The notes below the pieces were generated by a model. It ran no database searches. It was not told where the DNA came from and saw only the letters and a program-made list of their open reading frames with translations. DNA of 64,000 nucleotides, taken from NCBI RefSeq assembly GCF_009914755.1, contig NC_060925.1; one strand, written 5' to 3'. The stretch comes from the human T2T-CHM13v2.0 reference genome, Homo sapiens. Positions 1 through 14,428 of the stretch are shown in pieces. The position numbers and the translations under genes are program-made. How positions within the stretch are numbered: position 1 is the first letter of the stretch; the number at the start of each line of letters is the position of its first letter.

Positions 1-999
1 AAGGATGCAAAATTGAATAACATGGAGCCCAAATTGTTTCATATTGTATTAACTAATTCTGCAATTTGTTTTTTTTCCTTCAACATTATGTTTTGATGTC
101 TATCCATGTTGAGATATACAGATTTAGTTCATTTATTTTAATTGCTCTTGTCTTATTTATGTTTACATCCTTTATTTCTAGGGCAGCACATGCAACATAA
201 GTACTCACACAGTAAATATTAACTATTAGTGAAATCATACAATAAACAATACTATATGTTATTCATGAATATAGATAAATAGATACATAGGCTAAGAGGA
301 TATGTATTCCATCCATATTAGTGTTTGCTTCTGAGAAGAAAGAGAAAGAAATGGAACATAGAATGGGGGTGAGGACAAGAGTTCTTCAGCTTTAATTTTA
401 CAGGTTTATTTCAAAAAAGAAAATAATTTTTTGTGAGGGTACAAATGTGCTTGCCACATTATCTTTTCGTGCTTTTCTGCATTTAAAAAAGTACTGAAAA
501 AAAGTGTCTGCTCTCAAAAGACCAACAGTTTAGTAGAGGAAACAGATATAGAAACACTTATAATACAAGGTGATACGCATTGACCTAGAACCCATCTCTC
601 CCTGTGTCTTAGGAAAAGCCTCACGAGCAGAGGTCACTTGAAGAATTAGTGGAAGGAATTCTTTGTCCATGTCCTGCTTGTCCACTGTCTGTCTATGTGG
701 TGACCTCATTCCCACTGCCTGAGAAGCACAAGGTTTTCCTGCCGCGGTTTCCTCTCCTTTTTACATTTTCCATCTGAAAACATCCTTCACTGGCCCCAAG
801 AACTTACTCCTTTTTGTTGGGCTGAAGAAGACATTCTGATTCCTTCTTCCTTTTTTTTTTTTTTTACTAGAGCAAATGACCTCTTCTCTAACTGTGTTCC
901 TTCAATTTTCCCATCTCTCCCTCGCCTCGCCTTGTTTTCAATCCACTCCTCTTTCCTCTCTATCCCTACTTCACACATACATGGCCATCTTCACCTAAG

Positions 1000-2420
1000 C
1001 CCAGACTCCCCACTAACCATTTTCCCTTATGACCTTTTTACTTCATAGTCAAACTCCCCCAAACATGTGACCTACACCAAAAGCTCCCACATCCTGAAAG
1101 GCCATAATGTCCTTAATCCCCACACTCCCACTACACTTCTTCCCTCACCACCAGCACCACCACCATACACCCTATTGAAATTGCATTCTGGAAGATCACT
1201 GATTATGTCCTCATTACCAGATATGGTTGCCTTGCCTATTCTCCCAAGGTGTTTGTATGTTGGGGACTTGAATTGCCATTTTGTGACCTTCTCTCTAACT
1301 TGACTCTTATGACACCACCCCGTTCTCATTCTGTCTTTATTCCTTTGGCTGTTCCTTCTCTGACCATCAGGCTCTTTCTCTTCTTCTGTCCCATAAACAA
1401 GGACCTTTTAGGTATCCCACAGAATTCTGTTCTCTTGGCACATATTAGCTATGGATATTATAACTACTCCCATGCTATTGCCTCTGCTCTGACAATTCCC
1501 TAGTCTACATCTCCAACTTTGCAGTCTGAGCTATATAGTCCGTATTTTTGACTTCTTGATGAACATTTCTACTTTAATGTTCTGCCATAATCTCACAGTC
1601 AGCATGTCTAAAAACTGAGCTCTTCATATCTCTCCAAACCCTAACATAACAAAACAATCAAACAAAAAAACCTCCCTATCACAAACAATAAAAACTAAGT
1701 TCATTCTACTAAATTTGTCAGTCTGAAGTTGGCCATTTCTCCCAGTCATCATAACTTAAAATCCTCCCCCATTATTCTCTCAGATATGCAATCACAGTTG
1801 CCCTCTTCCAAGAGCTTTTTGAATCTGTCTCTTCCTTTTTATTCTCATCACTATTCTCCTAGTTCTACCTATAACCACTTTGAATCTGAACTATTGAAAA
1901 CACCATCTATAGGGTCTGTTTAAGCTTCCAGCTACTCTCATCTCCAATCTATTAGTTTTTCTGAGACATAAACTTTATCATTCTGTGTCTTCCTTCATGT
2001 AGAGCCCAAACTCTGAAGTGTGGAATTCAAAGCCCTTTACATTCTCTTCCTAACATATTTCTAACACCATATCTTCATTACTTTTCTAAACTCTTACTGC
2101 TCTCAGGCAAATTGCTCTGTGTAAATTCTTGAGTCTGAATTTCTTCACATAAATGGGAATACTACTTTTTTGGTTGTTTTGAGGAATAACCATTGTGTAA
2201 AGCACACACTTTATTGTTAGTGGTTACCTGTGGTATTTCAAACACGTCCTGTGTTTTCCCAGCTCTCTGCCTTGCTCAGCCTGGTCCTTTTATTCAGAAT
2301 GCCCTCCTTCCAGGTCAAAGTCCTGCCTCACCTGTGACTATTTCCCTAAGTGTCTCAGCCCAACAGTGTCCTCTGCCTGCCTATGAAAACTTAGTGTCTG
2401 TATTACACAAGTAATGCAAT
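1000..2420 (+). mobile_element. L2 LINE fragments (highly diverged)
   Basis: Pyrimidine-rich L2-like motifs, e.g. cagcatgtctaaaaactgagctcttcat at about 1600 and cagaatgccctccttcc at about 2295. Confidence 0.6.
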
Positions 2421-2459
2421 ACTTGCACTGTGATCACGGCCTTAGAGCATGTCTTGAGT

Positions 2460-2597
2460 GCTAGTGTGGATCAGTTTCACACTTGTTAAAGCACAAATCA
2501 TCACGGTCGTCCTGGGGTTTCTGATTCAGTAAATCTAGGTTGGGGCCTAAGGATTTTCATCTCTTACAAGTTCCCAAGTGATGCCGAAACTTCTGGT
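2460..2597. mobile_element. MER5A-like hAT-Charlie DNA transposon fragment
   Basis: gtttctgattcagtaaatctaggttggggcc...tacaagttcccaagtgatgc matches the MER5A core. Confidence 0.7.
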
Positions 2598-2783
2598 GCA
2601 AGGGCGCCAGAAGTCCCACTTGGGCGCCCCTCTCTCTTGCAGGAGAGAGCTGTTCTCCTTTCTGTTTCTTTTACCAGTTAAACCTCCACTCTTAACCTCA
2701 CTCCATGTGTGTCTGTGTCCTTGATTTCCTTGGCATGAGGCAAAGAACCTCGGGTATTTACCCCAGACAACGACGCTACTTCA
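2598..2783 (+). mobile_element. ERV1 (MER4-group-like) LTR, 3' part only
   Basis: ggagagagctgttctcctttc...ttaaacctcc...gaacctcgggtatttaccccagacaacgacgctacttca, ending in CA. Confidence 0.6.
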
Positions 2784-2934
2784 TCAAGAGTTGAAATATG
2801 ACTGTAATAAACCATTTTTCACATATTTTCTTAGGTTGGTGCCAAATTCATAAGATATGCATGGCAAGTTAAACAATAGGCTTTTTAGAGGGTGCTTTGA
2901 CTTGACAGTTACAGTAACAACAAGTGTAAATTAA

Positions 2935-3248
<314 letters not shown>

Positions 3249-3594
3249 GAAATCTTTCTTTTTACCTAGCATCCTAAATATTTGATGTGAAGACAGAGGT
3301 GGTTGAACTTAATATTACTAACCTTAAACTAGTTTAACAAAAACCCAAATATTATATACATACATGAAGTCATATACATTTTTAGGATCACATGCTTTTT
3401 CATTGGTGTTTGTATAATTGTGGAGGTTTTCTTTCTATTTCTACTCAATATATGCTGCTGGAGAAAGTGTTACAGTGTCTATGCCACCCAAACCGGCACA
3501 TTACAATCATATTTAACAGAAAACACACTAAGAACAACACAAAGAATAATGATGGTGAAGGGTGAGGACAAGGGAAAGCCAGGAAACAGAATTC

Positions 3595-3805
3595 ACTCAA
3601 ACATTTTGAAAGCATTTTACAAGTTTCTGTATGAAAAATATTGAGTTACCATGGAAGTATAGGAAATGTTTTGTCATGGCTAGAAAACTGGCTTAAAGAC
3701 AAAGGTAAGGTTAATTGGGCACTTCTCTGGACAGAGAAATGTTAACAGTGGGGATCCCTGGAAATCATCCATAGATGGATCTTATTTAACTATTTGTATA
3801 CAAGA
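3595..3805 (+). mobile_element. CR1/L3 LINE reverse-transcriptase fragment
   Basis: Translates across frameshifts to KAFYK..LSYHGSIGNVLSWLENWLKD..GHFSGQRNVNSG, resembling CR1 RT KAFDKV..W..NWL.DR.QRV..NG.FS....SGVPQGS. Confidence 0.7.
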
Positions 3806-4939
3806 CATGAAATAAATTATACAGTAAAACTTAAAAGCACAGGGTTCAGTGCTGGAAGATTTATTTCCTTGTCATTTTGTCTAATTTTTTTTTCTAAAAT
3901 TGCAGGCTAAAACTCCAGACCTTCTGCATGTCACCACCTTGGCACAATTTTTGTGTAAATACTTATCATTGAAACCATTTTTCTTGGTAATCAATGATAT
4001 TGTTTGAGCTATTGCAGGTGCTATTTTGTCTAGCCCCACCAGATCAACAAAAAACTTTTACCATCTTCAGCATCTTAAAATTTTGCATGTTAAATATTAT
4101 TAAAATACTTTTACATAAAATATTTAAAGCTTTATTAATAGTGATTAAAATTTCACTGTACTATACGTTTTCCAAAAAGTTTGCTTTCTTATTTCAGTAG
4201 ACAAATGCTTTGACAAAGTCAGGACCATAAATCTACATTGCAATGGTACATCTGTGTAGATATTACTTTTTGAGGCTCAACTAAATATTTCATGTCTGAC
4301 AATGCTCACTTATGTTTAACTACATAACACATTATGTTAAAAGTTCTGATGATATGTTCAAAAATGTCTTTTAATTACTTTATTGATACACTTTGATAAA
4401 ATTTTTATTTCAAAAACTTTAATGCATAAAGCTGATACATGATGTTCTTTAAGTTTTCTTTCATTAATGATTGCAAAATTTCTTTACTAGAAACATGAGC
4501 TTTAACAAATTCTCTGATTTTTTTAAAAGTGTTTTGCCGTTCAGCTCCTAACAACATAGAATTTGAACTTAATTTCCATCCAACATTTATATCATTAGCA
4601 ATAATAAATTAATCAATTTTTAAGTAGACTCAGGTTGTTTTTCATTTTAGAAATACAAATTGTTTACTTATGTTATAATGATTTTTGTACAATATCAGAA
4701 CATGCCTCCAGTTGTGACTGATTTTTTCTTTTAATCTCCTGAAATTTAGAATATTTACCTATTTATGATACTTAAAGAAACATTAAGAAAAATAACCAAA
4801 TTTTGAAGTCTCTTTACTGTGGGTTTTCATTCTAAATATTTAATCTTACATTTATATACTATGTGTATTAAAAACTATTCACACAAAAAATTGAATTGCA
4901 TTATAATTAAAATAAAAGTAAAACTAAACATCAGAAGTA

Positions 4940-5645
4940 ATAATTTGAGGATGATAATTAACTTGAATAGATTTTAGATACAGGAGTAGAGATTTTAGGT
5001 ACATTTCAAAGGCAGAGTCAACAGGATTTACTGATTAATATGGCTTGGTTCTATGTCCCCACCCAAATCTCATGCTCAGTTGTAATCTCCGGTGTTGGAG
5101 GTGGGGCCTGGTGGGAGGTGACTGGGTCATGGGGGTGGATTTTTCATGAATGGTTTAGAACCATCCTCTGGGTACTATTCTCACAATAGTGAGTGGGTTC
5201 TCGTGACATGTGGTCATTTAAAAGTGTGTGGCATGGCATCTCTCCGCTCACTCTCTTGTCCCTGCTCCTGCCATGTAAGACACTTCCTCCTCCTTTGCCT
5301 TCTCTGTTATGACTGGAAGCTTCCTGAGGCCTCCCCAGAAGCAGAAGCTGCTGTGCTACCTTTAAGCCTGCAGAACTGTGAGCCAATTAAGCTTATTTTC
5401 TTTATAAGTTATCCAGTCCCTGGTATTTCTTTATAGCAATACAAGAATGGGCTTATATTGATGAATTGAGGAATTGATTATGGGTACAGAAAAAGAGAAA
5501 AAATAATGAATGGAAGGCTTGGGCCCTAGTGTCTGTCTGGGTGAGTGGTGACATCATTCAATGAGAAGGTGACTACTCTGCAAAGAATAGGTTTTAAGGG
5601 AAAAGTTGGAGTTTGGGTCTTTGATACTATGATCTAGATGCCTTT
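4940..5645 (-). mobile_element. L2 fragment split by the MST LTR
   Basis: ggcagagtcaacaggatttactgat before the LTR, and a purine-rich L2 continuation after it. Confidence 0.6.
5036..5458 (+). mobile_element. MSTA/MSTB MaLR solo LTR
   Basis: tgtccccacccaaatctcatg...gttggaggtggggcctggtgggaggtga...gcagaactgtgagccaattaa...ggtatttctttatagcaa. Confidence 0.9.
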
Positions 5646-5819
5646 AATTCTTTTCAGCAACGTTTTCAATATCTGTAAGAGAGGTATGACTAACACTCCT
5701 GATTTATAGATGCAGTAACTAAGATTTGGAGATATTGAATTTAAGTTACTGTGACCAATGAGTTGGCTGATTCTGGAGCTCAAAAAAGAAAACAGGCCAT
5801 GAGGCTACGGTAGTAACAA

Positions 5820-6350
5820 ATAATCAGTGAATTTAATCCAGTAGATATTTTTCAAAGACCACTATGTGCTTATCACTATCAGGTGCTATAGCCAGCAAGG
5901 AGAGAATTCAAAATTCTAAACTTTTGCTAGGTCCCAGGCATTAGCAGTGCTGGAACATATATTCTGTAAGAGAATATAGACACAGTAGATGACACTTAAA
6001 TTCTTGGGCAACAACTAAAGGAGATAACAAAGGTAACAATCATTGAAGTAGTTTAGTGAAAGCAGGGATGTCAGTGAGGGCCCTAATGGTGTGAACTGAA
6101 TTTCTTTCTCAAAGATACAGGAGAGGATTTTAATGAGAAAGAGTGAGATGGAGGCAGGGAAATCTTCAGGCCAGGAAACTGCATGGGTATAGTCAGCATG
6201 TACCTGGGGACCATTTGACTGGAGTAGAGGAAGATAAAGATAGATAGGCAGAGAAAGGCCACATTAGGCAGAGCTGTGAAAGCTGGGCAGAACACCTTGG
6301 ATTTTATCCTGTGGGAACTGGGAGCTACTGATGGTTTCTATGGCTAGAGC
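5820..6350 (-). mobile_element. L2 fragment
   Basis: L2-like motifs such as ccttggattttatcctgtggga..gggagctactgatggttt. Confidence 0.55.
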
Positions 6351-7469
6351 TGAAACATGGTCAATAGTCACCATTTCTTAACTAACATTTTCCTAGGATG
6401 TTGCCAAACTCATACTGGCAACACTTATATTTTACTTATATTTAATATTTTTCACTTGCAATACAAATGATCACATATAACATCTAGGTGGATATTTTGA
6501 CATACTAATTCCCTTCAGTTCCAAACTCATTCAAATAATACAGTTTTGTCCAAAAAGTGGAATTATAATGTGAGGTTATGAAAAGTCCATTTCCCTCTTA
6601 ACATTCTTCCTAGCAACTCAGTTGTTTTCATTGGCTTTCATTAAAACAACCTTTGTGTGAACTGGCAATTTGTTTTGTAAATATCGATGAAAGCATATTT
6701 CAGAAAATATAGTAATAAAAGCCAACTCAATTCCAGAAATCTGCTTGCTGCCAGACATCAGTCTTCAGCTCATATTATGAGTATTTCCAGTAAGTCTTAA
6801 ATACACATTAACATAAGAAATAGCTTGCTGTTTAAGATCAAAAAGTTGAAAAACTCTTTGCTGCCTCTCAAAAATTGCTCAAGGGTTATGTCCAATAAAA
6901 TGCATTTTCCTTTTTGATAAACTACATTTATAAGGGTTTCATGCACTTCAATTCAACTGAACTCTTCCTTCCCAAATCCTACTTAGACCCAGTTTATCAT
7001 CTATATATAACTTTCCTTATTTAAGAGGACTGTGATATTAACATTTCAACAATACCTATCTTGAACTCATATCCACTTTCCAGCCCTTTATAAGAATTAG
7101 AAGCTTTGTTCAAAACTCTAGGAACTTCCATTACTATTTTCTAAGTTAAGCACAACTCAGCTATTGTCACTAAGCTATGTTTAATAATAGAAAAAAATTA
7201 AAAATTAAAATGTGATTCCTCAACTAGAAGTATAATAAGAAAAGGCTGTAAACTAAATGTTCTAAAGAACTTTAACTTAAATGCCTTCTGGTTGGCAGAT
7301 GAAATATCTCTGAAAAGTGAAATGGGTCATTGCATAGTTCTTCTCAGGACACAATCATAATCATCCTATGTATCTGCTGTGATGCCTTTAATACAAATGT
7401 TTTCTGTAAAACATCTAATTCAACTAGCTCTCCTGGTTCCCAAAACATACATTTCTTCATATTTCAAAG

Positions 7470-8495
7470 TAAATCAGTGAATTAATTCAGTATAGAGTTT
7501 GGGTGTATACTACATGCCTAAAACCATGCTAATTATTTTGGGGGACATATAAGAAGAGTAAGATGTGATTTTAAGCAGCTCATGTTCTATTAATACTTGT
7601 GTTCTAAAAAACATGAAATACATAGCAACTACTTCAAGACATTCTGTAACTAAGTATTAAGTTATAAGAGAGATCCTAGAACCAAGGTGAAGGAAGAGAA
7701 ACAGTGGGTTAGGGTTGCTAGGAAAGCTTGCTGCAAGACATGCTTTAAGAGAGCCTCAAAGATTGGATGGATGAGCAAGGAGTGGAAAGGTAGAAGTTCA
7801 TGTCAAGCAAGGAGACTGGGTGAGAGAGCAGAAAAGAGAGAGATAAGTCATCTATTGAAGGTGTATTAGATGCCATGTTTTATGGAAATATTTATGAAAT
7901 GAAATAAACATCATTTAATATTCACAGCAAGCTTTTGACGTGGATATTATTGTCTCTATCTGACAAAAGGAGAATAAATCTCAGAGCGGGTAAGAAAGAT
8001 GCTCGAGGTTACCCTGTTACATGGCTGACAATCAGGATTCAATATCAATATCTGTCTTACCCAAAGTGGAACTTTCTCCAGGAGATCATTGCCTCCTTTA
8101 TGTGCCTATACAGCAGTGAGGGAACTATCTTGCCTGTAACAACTCAATTTGGTTATCTTGTGGGATATCCTGTGGCTTTAGTCTGGAGCCAGACTAGAAA
8201 GAGCAGAAGCAGGCAGGCTAATTAGACTTTGCTCAAAGGGATTACAGATGGTCACTTTCAATTTTTAAACTGGGAATTAACATGGTGTGTGCAGCGTTTA
8301 GGAAAGATAAATGGTTTGAGAAATAGGTAATTCCAAGATGAGTAGAAGTAAAGGGCTCTTTTAAAAACCTAGGGATCAAATGATGTGAGTCTAGGCTATA
8401 ATGAAGGCATGAGAATGACAAGGAGGAGGTAGAAGTGAGATGTTATAGAAAAAATCAAGAGGACTTAGAGGCAGACTGAATATGGGGAAAGATCA
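7470..8495 (-). mobile_element. L2 fragments with an intervening MIR (about 7910-8070)
   Basis: L2 3'-end-like sequence at 7480-7580. MIR-like gacaaaaggagaataaatctcagagcgggtaag. L2 motif aaaatcaagaggacttagag. Confidence 0.5.
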
Positions 8496-8517
8496 TGGTC
8501 AATGAGTTGTATAATAA

Positions 8518-8620
8518 GTTGAATTGCAAGGTCCATGTAAAATGTTATGATTGTCACAACTTACTGTTAAGGAGGAAGAATGGAATAGTGAGAAAATATA
8601 AGATTTGGTTCCTGATGTGA
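8518..8620 (+). repeat. 103-bp local direct duplication, copy A
   Basis: Identical to 9098-9200 except two positions (gtccatgt/gtccacgt and gattgtc/gatcgtc). Confidence 0.95.
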
Positions 8621-9097
8621 GACAAGTTTTGGCTGGCACAACCAGGGAATATGGCATGCTTTCAAGTATCAGAAGGGCCATTTTCTGTACTTTTTTGGAG
8701 CTAGAAAAATAACTTTTTCCTAACCAGAATTTATGTGTCTCACAATAGAGTATGGAGTTATAAACTCAAATATCTCTATCTGTTCTATTTAGATGCTCTC
8801 AGTAAGAAGCCTACAAGTTGAGTATAAACAAGAAAATGCTATGGTCTTTCTGTCCTCTAAATGTGAAAGTCAGAGGATAAAAGATTTACTAAGGATGAAG
8901 TCCGATGTTGCAGGTAAAATAAGTGCTCTTTTCATACTTATTTATTGGTTTTAAGCGACACTTTAATATCAAGTTTAAGTATTAATAGAAAAATTTTCAA
9001 TAGACATTTATTAAATAACTTCCTTTACTCTAATAATATCTACCTCATAGCACTGCTGTAGAGAGTGACGTAAGAGACCAAATATTTAACATTTTGT

Positions 9098-9200
9098 GTT
9101 GAATTGCAAGGTCCACGTAAAATGTTATGATCGTCACAACTTACTGTTAAGGAGGAAGAATGGAATAGTGAGAAAATATAAGATTTGGTTCCTGATGTGA
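9098..9200 (+). repeat. 103-bp local direct duplication, copy B (within MIR-like sequence)
   Basis: See copy A. Offset 580 bp. Confidence 0.95.
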
Positions 9201-10987
9201 CAAATCACTACATGTCTTTGGACCCGATCTTGAAACTCCTAAATTGTCAGTTTTGTAAAAGGATCAAATTAGCCTAGATACCCTGGGAGTCTCCATCTCT
9301 GAATGAGTATTGTAAAGGACAGCACTATAATGTGTAGAATCACTTTGTGTTTTTCAGCCTGTAAAAGTAATAATTATGCAAATATTATCTCTTATTTGAA
9401 AAAAGGGCAACCCTACACTGAGAATGAAAATACAGAAATTGGAAGCAAGACCTAGCAGTCTCAGTTAGGACCTCAATATATTATAGTAGATGTTTCCAAA
9501 TATTTTAAAATATGTAGATATTTATACTACAGAAGAATTAAAAGCTTTATCATAAAGTAAATTCTTGATAAAAATTAGGCAAATACTAATAGGAGTTTTC
9601 AATCCCTTGAGTATTAGGAAACTGAAATCATCATTGCAGAATGAAATTAATGAATACTGGAGTAGTGGGTCGGGCTGGGTTAAGAGGTGCATGGGTTGCC
9701 ATAAACTTTTTTCTGTGCATTTAATGTTTCCTGTAGTGTCACAGCAAAGGAATGGAATAACTGTCATGCCAATAGTTGGTCTCACAAGTATAGATGCCCT
9801 TTTGCTACATGTAAAAATGTGACTTCAAATGTTAGGAAGAAAAAAAATACCAGCTTCAGATAATCTGCAAATATAAAAGTATTTAATGATTAAAATTGAC
9901 AAAACTCCAATCTAAACTCTACCTATAAGATGTCTAAAGAACCTAAACAAGCTTCCAGGCAATCCTGGTATTCTGAAGAACACATATGGGAACAAAAGGC
10001 CCATATTTTAATGAAAAAAATTTACGTCTGGTCTATGGATATTCTCTTTACTGGTACCATGCTTCACTTAACATTAATAATTGTGTGATTTTTTTTTCTT
10101 GTGTTGGCACAGAAATTCTGACCATAACACAGAGTTCTAACTGAAATATATAGCTTAGCCATCTCTGAACATTTGCATTATTCAGAGATAGGCTTTGTGT
10201 GCAATCCATAAGCTTCTAGAGGGAATGGCTATACTATTTAAACAAGTCTGGAAATTTTTTATAAATTGTCATGAACAAAGCTTTTACTCATCTCTCTCTT
10301 CCCAGCTTCACCTCCCATATGATAGGCTTGGAAAAAATGAAAAAGAAAATCAGAATTTATTAAAAAAAAATCTTAGATCAGAGTGACATCAGCAAGATGG
10401 CAGGCTAGAAAGCTCCAGTCCCTCTTTGCCCACCATTAAAAAAAAAAACCGTAGAGACTAACGTAGCAGTATAGGAGTTATGAAATCAGTTGAAGATCTA
10501 ACAAATGAATGACCAATCAAGAAAATTCAACACGTAATACAGTAGAAAATTTTGTGGCACTTTTACTCTCCCTTGCTTCATGTCCTCCCTGAGGTGGTGT
10601 GGTGGTATCATGGATGGGAGAAAGCAGCCCAATTCCTGATTCCCATCTGTGAGCCAGAGGAGTAGAGTATATCTTATTTGCAATGTTCTAAGCTTTCAGT
10701 GGGCAGCCCAAGGGACTGTTTTATGTCTGATCTGACTCAGAGCTCAGACAGGGAACAGCAGGACAGCTCGAAACTCAGGCTGGCAGAAGCTGTGGTCAGT
10801 GGCATGCTTTTCGGTACATGAAAGCTTCAGGGCAATGGCACACTCATGGATGCCTGAGGAAAGAGATTATGGGCAGAGGAATACAACGACACATCTAAGG
10901 CCCTGAGAGGAAACTGTTGTGAGACACTAGGAAATTAAGACATATTTAAAAGCAGTCATATATGGGAGAACTTTGTTTTTATTAAAA

Positions 10988-11183
10988 TAAACCCCATTTC
11001 TACAAAGCAATACAAAAATTAGCTGGGTGTGGTGGCATATACCTGTGGTCCCAGCTACTTGAGGCTGACTTGGGAAGATTGCTTGAGCCTGGGAGGTCAA
11101 GGCTGCAGTGAGCCAACACTGTGCAATTGCACTGCAGCCTGGGTGACAGAGCGAGACCCTGTCTAAAAAAAAAAAAAAAAAAA
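10988..11183 (+). mobile_element. AluJ, 5'-truncated
   Basis: Linker and right arm with cttgagcctgggaggtcaaggctgcagtgagcc, then poly-A. Confidence 0.9.
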
Positions 11184-12274
11184 AGTACACACACAGAGCC
11201 AGGAAGAATGCATGCATGCCCAGAAAAGACCTGGGAAGATTTTAAGCCTTTATCCTGGGCTGTTGCTAAGGCTCAGGACATAACCCACTAATTAGTGAAA
11301 AATCTTTATACCAATCTTCAAAACCTGGAAGTGGCTATTTTTTCAAATGCCCAATTTTCAATGAGGCATACAGATAAATTGGAACACATGGCCCCATTGA
11401 AATCAACAAAATAAATCTTCAGAAACTGTCCTTGAAGAAATACACACATTGGATTTACAAGACAAAATTAAAAAAAGAAAACTGTTTTAGATATGTTCAA
11501 ACACCTAAAGGAGAATGCAATTAAAGAATTAAAGGAATCCAGAAACTGACATATGAATAAAATGAGAATATCAACAAAAAGAAATTATTAAAAGGGACCA
11601 AACAGAAATTCATGAGCTGAAAAATACAATAACTAAACTGGAAATTTCACTAGAGGGATTCAGCAGAAGACTTGATGAGACAGAGGAAATAATCAGTGAA
11701 CTCGAAGACAGACCATTTGAAATTATAGAGTCTGATAAGCAAAAAGAAAAAAGTATGAAGAAAAGTATATAGAGCAAAAGAGACTTAAGGGATACCACCA
11801 GGCAGACCAGTAGATGCATATGGAAATCCCAGAAAGATAAGAGAGAGTGAAAGAGGTAGAGAGATTACTTTTATTGGTAATGGTTAAAAGCATCTCTAAT
11901 TTGAGGAATGACATGCATATAAAAATCCAAGAAGCTCAACAAACTCCAAGTATGATAAACCCAAAGAGACACATAATCAAATTATCAAAAGCTAAAGACA
12001 GACAGAATTTTGAAGGCAGCAAGGGAAAAGTGACCCTTTATGTATAAGGGATTATCTATAAGATTATCAGCAAATTTTTCAGGAGAAACCCTGCAGGCCA
12101 GAAGGCACTGGGATGATATATTTAAAGTGCTGAAAGAAAAAGACTGTCAACTAAGGATCCTACATTCAGCATAACTGTGCTTCAAAAATGAAGAAGAAAT
12201 GAAGACAGTCCCAGGTAGTCAAGCCTCTGCTACCTTAAGCCACTCTAAATAATGATATCTAAAACTTCATATAG

Positions 12275-12786
<512 letters not shown>

Positions 12787-14428
12787 TAACATATAAGAGT
12801 TCTAATTCATCTGGTAACAAACTTCTCAATGGGAACTATATAGGCCAGGAGGGATTCGGGTGACATTTTCAAAGTACAAAAAAAAAAAAAAAAAACTGCC
12901 ATCAAAGTATATTTTATCCAGCAAAGCTACACTTCAAATACAAAGGAGAAATAAAGTCTTTCCCCAATAAACAAAAGCTAAGAGAATGCACCATCACCAG
13001 ACCCATCTTAAAAGAAAAGCTAAAGGGAGTTCTTTAATGTGAAAGAAAAAAAACTAATGTGTAAAAAGAAAATATTTGAAGGTATAAAACCCACTAGTAA
13101 AATTAAGTGCACAAACAAACCCAGGATACTGTAATGCTGTAATTATGGTGTGCAATCAGCTAATAATTCTAGTATGAAGCCCAAAACACAAATCTATTAA
13201 AAACAATAATAGCTATAGCAACCTGGTAAGAGATAGGCAATATTAAAAATATGCAAATTGAGACAACATAAAGTCAAAATGGGGGGTGAGTTAAAGTGTG
13301 AAGGTTTTTTAAATTGTTTGTTTCTATACTTTTCTAAGCTAAGTGATCATCTCTTTAAAATAATTTGTAAGCCTCATGGTAGCCACAAGGCAAAAACCTA
13401 TAATAGATTCATAAAAATAAAAAGAAACAAATTAAAATATACTACCAGAGAAAAATCACCTAATCACAAAGGAAGACAGAAAGGAAGAGGAATTATGAAA
13501 CAAGAACACAAGCAACAAATGGCAGTAGTAAGTCCTTAATAACATTGACTATAAATTGACTCAATTCTCTAATTGTAATGGCTCAATGAATAAAGAAAAA
13601 AGACCCAACTCTATGCTGCCTACAGGAAACCCACCTCACCTATAAAGACACACATACCCTGAAAGTGAAGAGGTATTTCATGCAACCTGAAACCAAAAAC
13701 AGAGCACGAATAGCTATACTTATATCAGGTAAAATACATTACAAATCATGACTGCACAAAGAGACAAACAAGGTCACTAAATAATGATAAAGATGTCAAT
13801 TCAACAAGAAAATATAGCCATTATAAATATGCATTCAATATCAGAGCTCCCAAGTACATAAAGCAAGCATTAATAGTTGTAAAGGGAGAGATAGATTATG
13901 ATACAATGATTATAGAGGACCTATTGTCGGTAATGGACAAATAATCCAGACCAAAAAATCACCAAAAAAAGTTGGAGTTAAAATACACACTATACCAAAT
14001 AGGCCTAACTGATATTTACACAACATTTCACTCAAATACTGCAGAATATACGTTCTTTTCAGCAGCACACAGAACACTTTCCAGTACAGACCAAATCTTA
14101 GGCCACAGAACAAATTTCAACAAATTAAAAAGAGTGGAAATCATATCAAGCATCTTTTCTGACCACAAAGGAATAAAACTGGAAATCAATAACAAGAGAA
14201 ATCTCAAAAACTACACAAACACATGGAAATTAAACAACTTGCTTCTGAATGATAAATTGGTCAATGAAAAAATTAAGAACATTAAAAAATTTCTTGAAAC
14301 AAATGAAAATGGAAAAACAACATACTGAAATCTATGGAATACAGCAAAATAAATATTAAGAGGAAAGTTTATTGGAATACACTTGTATCCATAAAGTAGA
14401 AAGACTTCAAATAAAACAACTTAATAAT

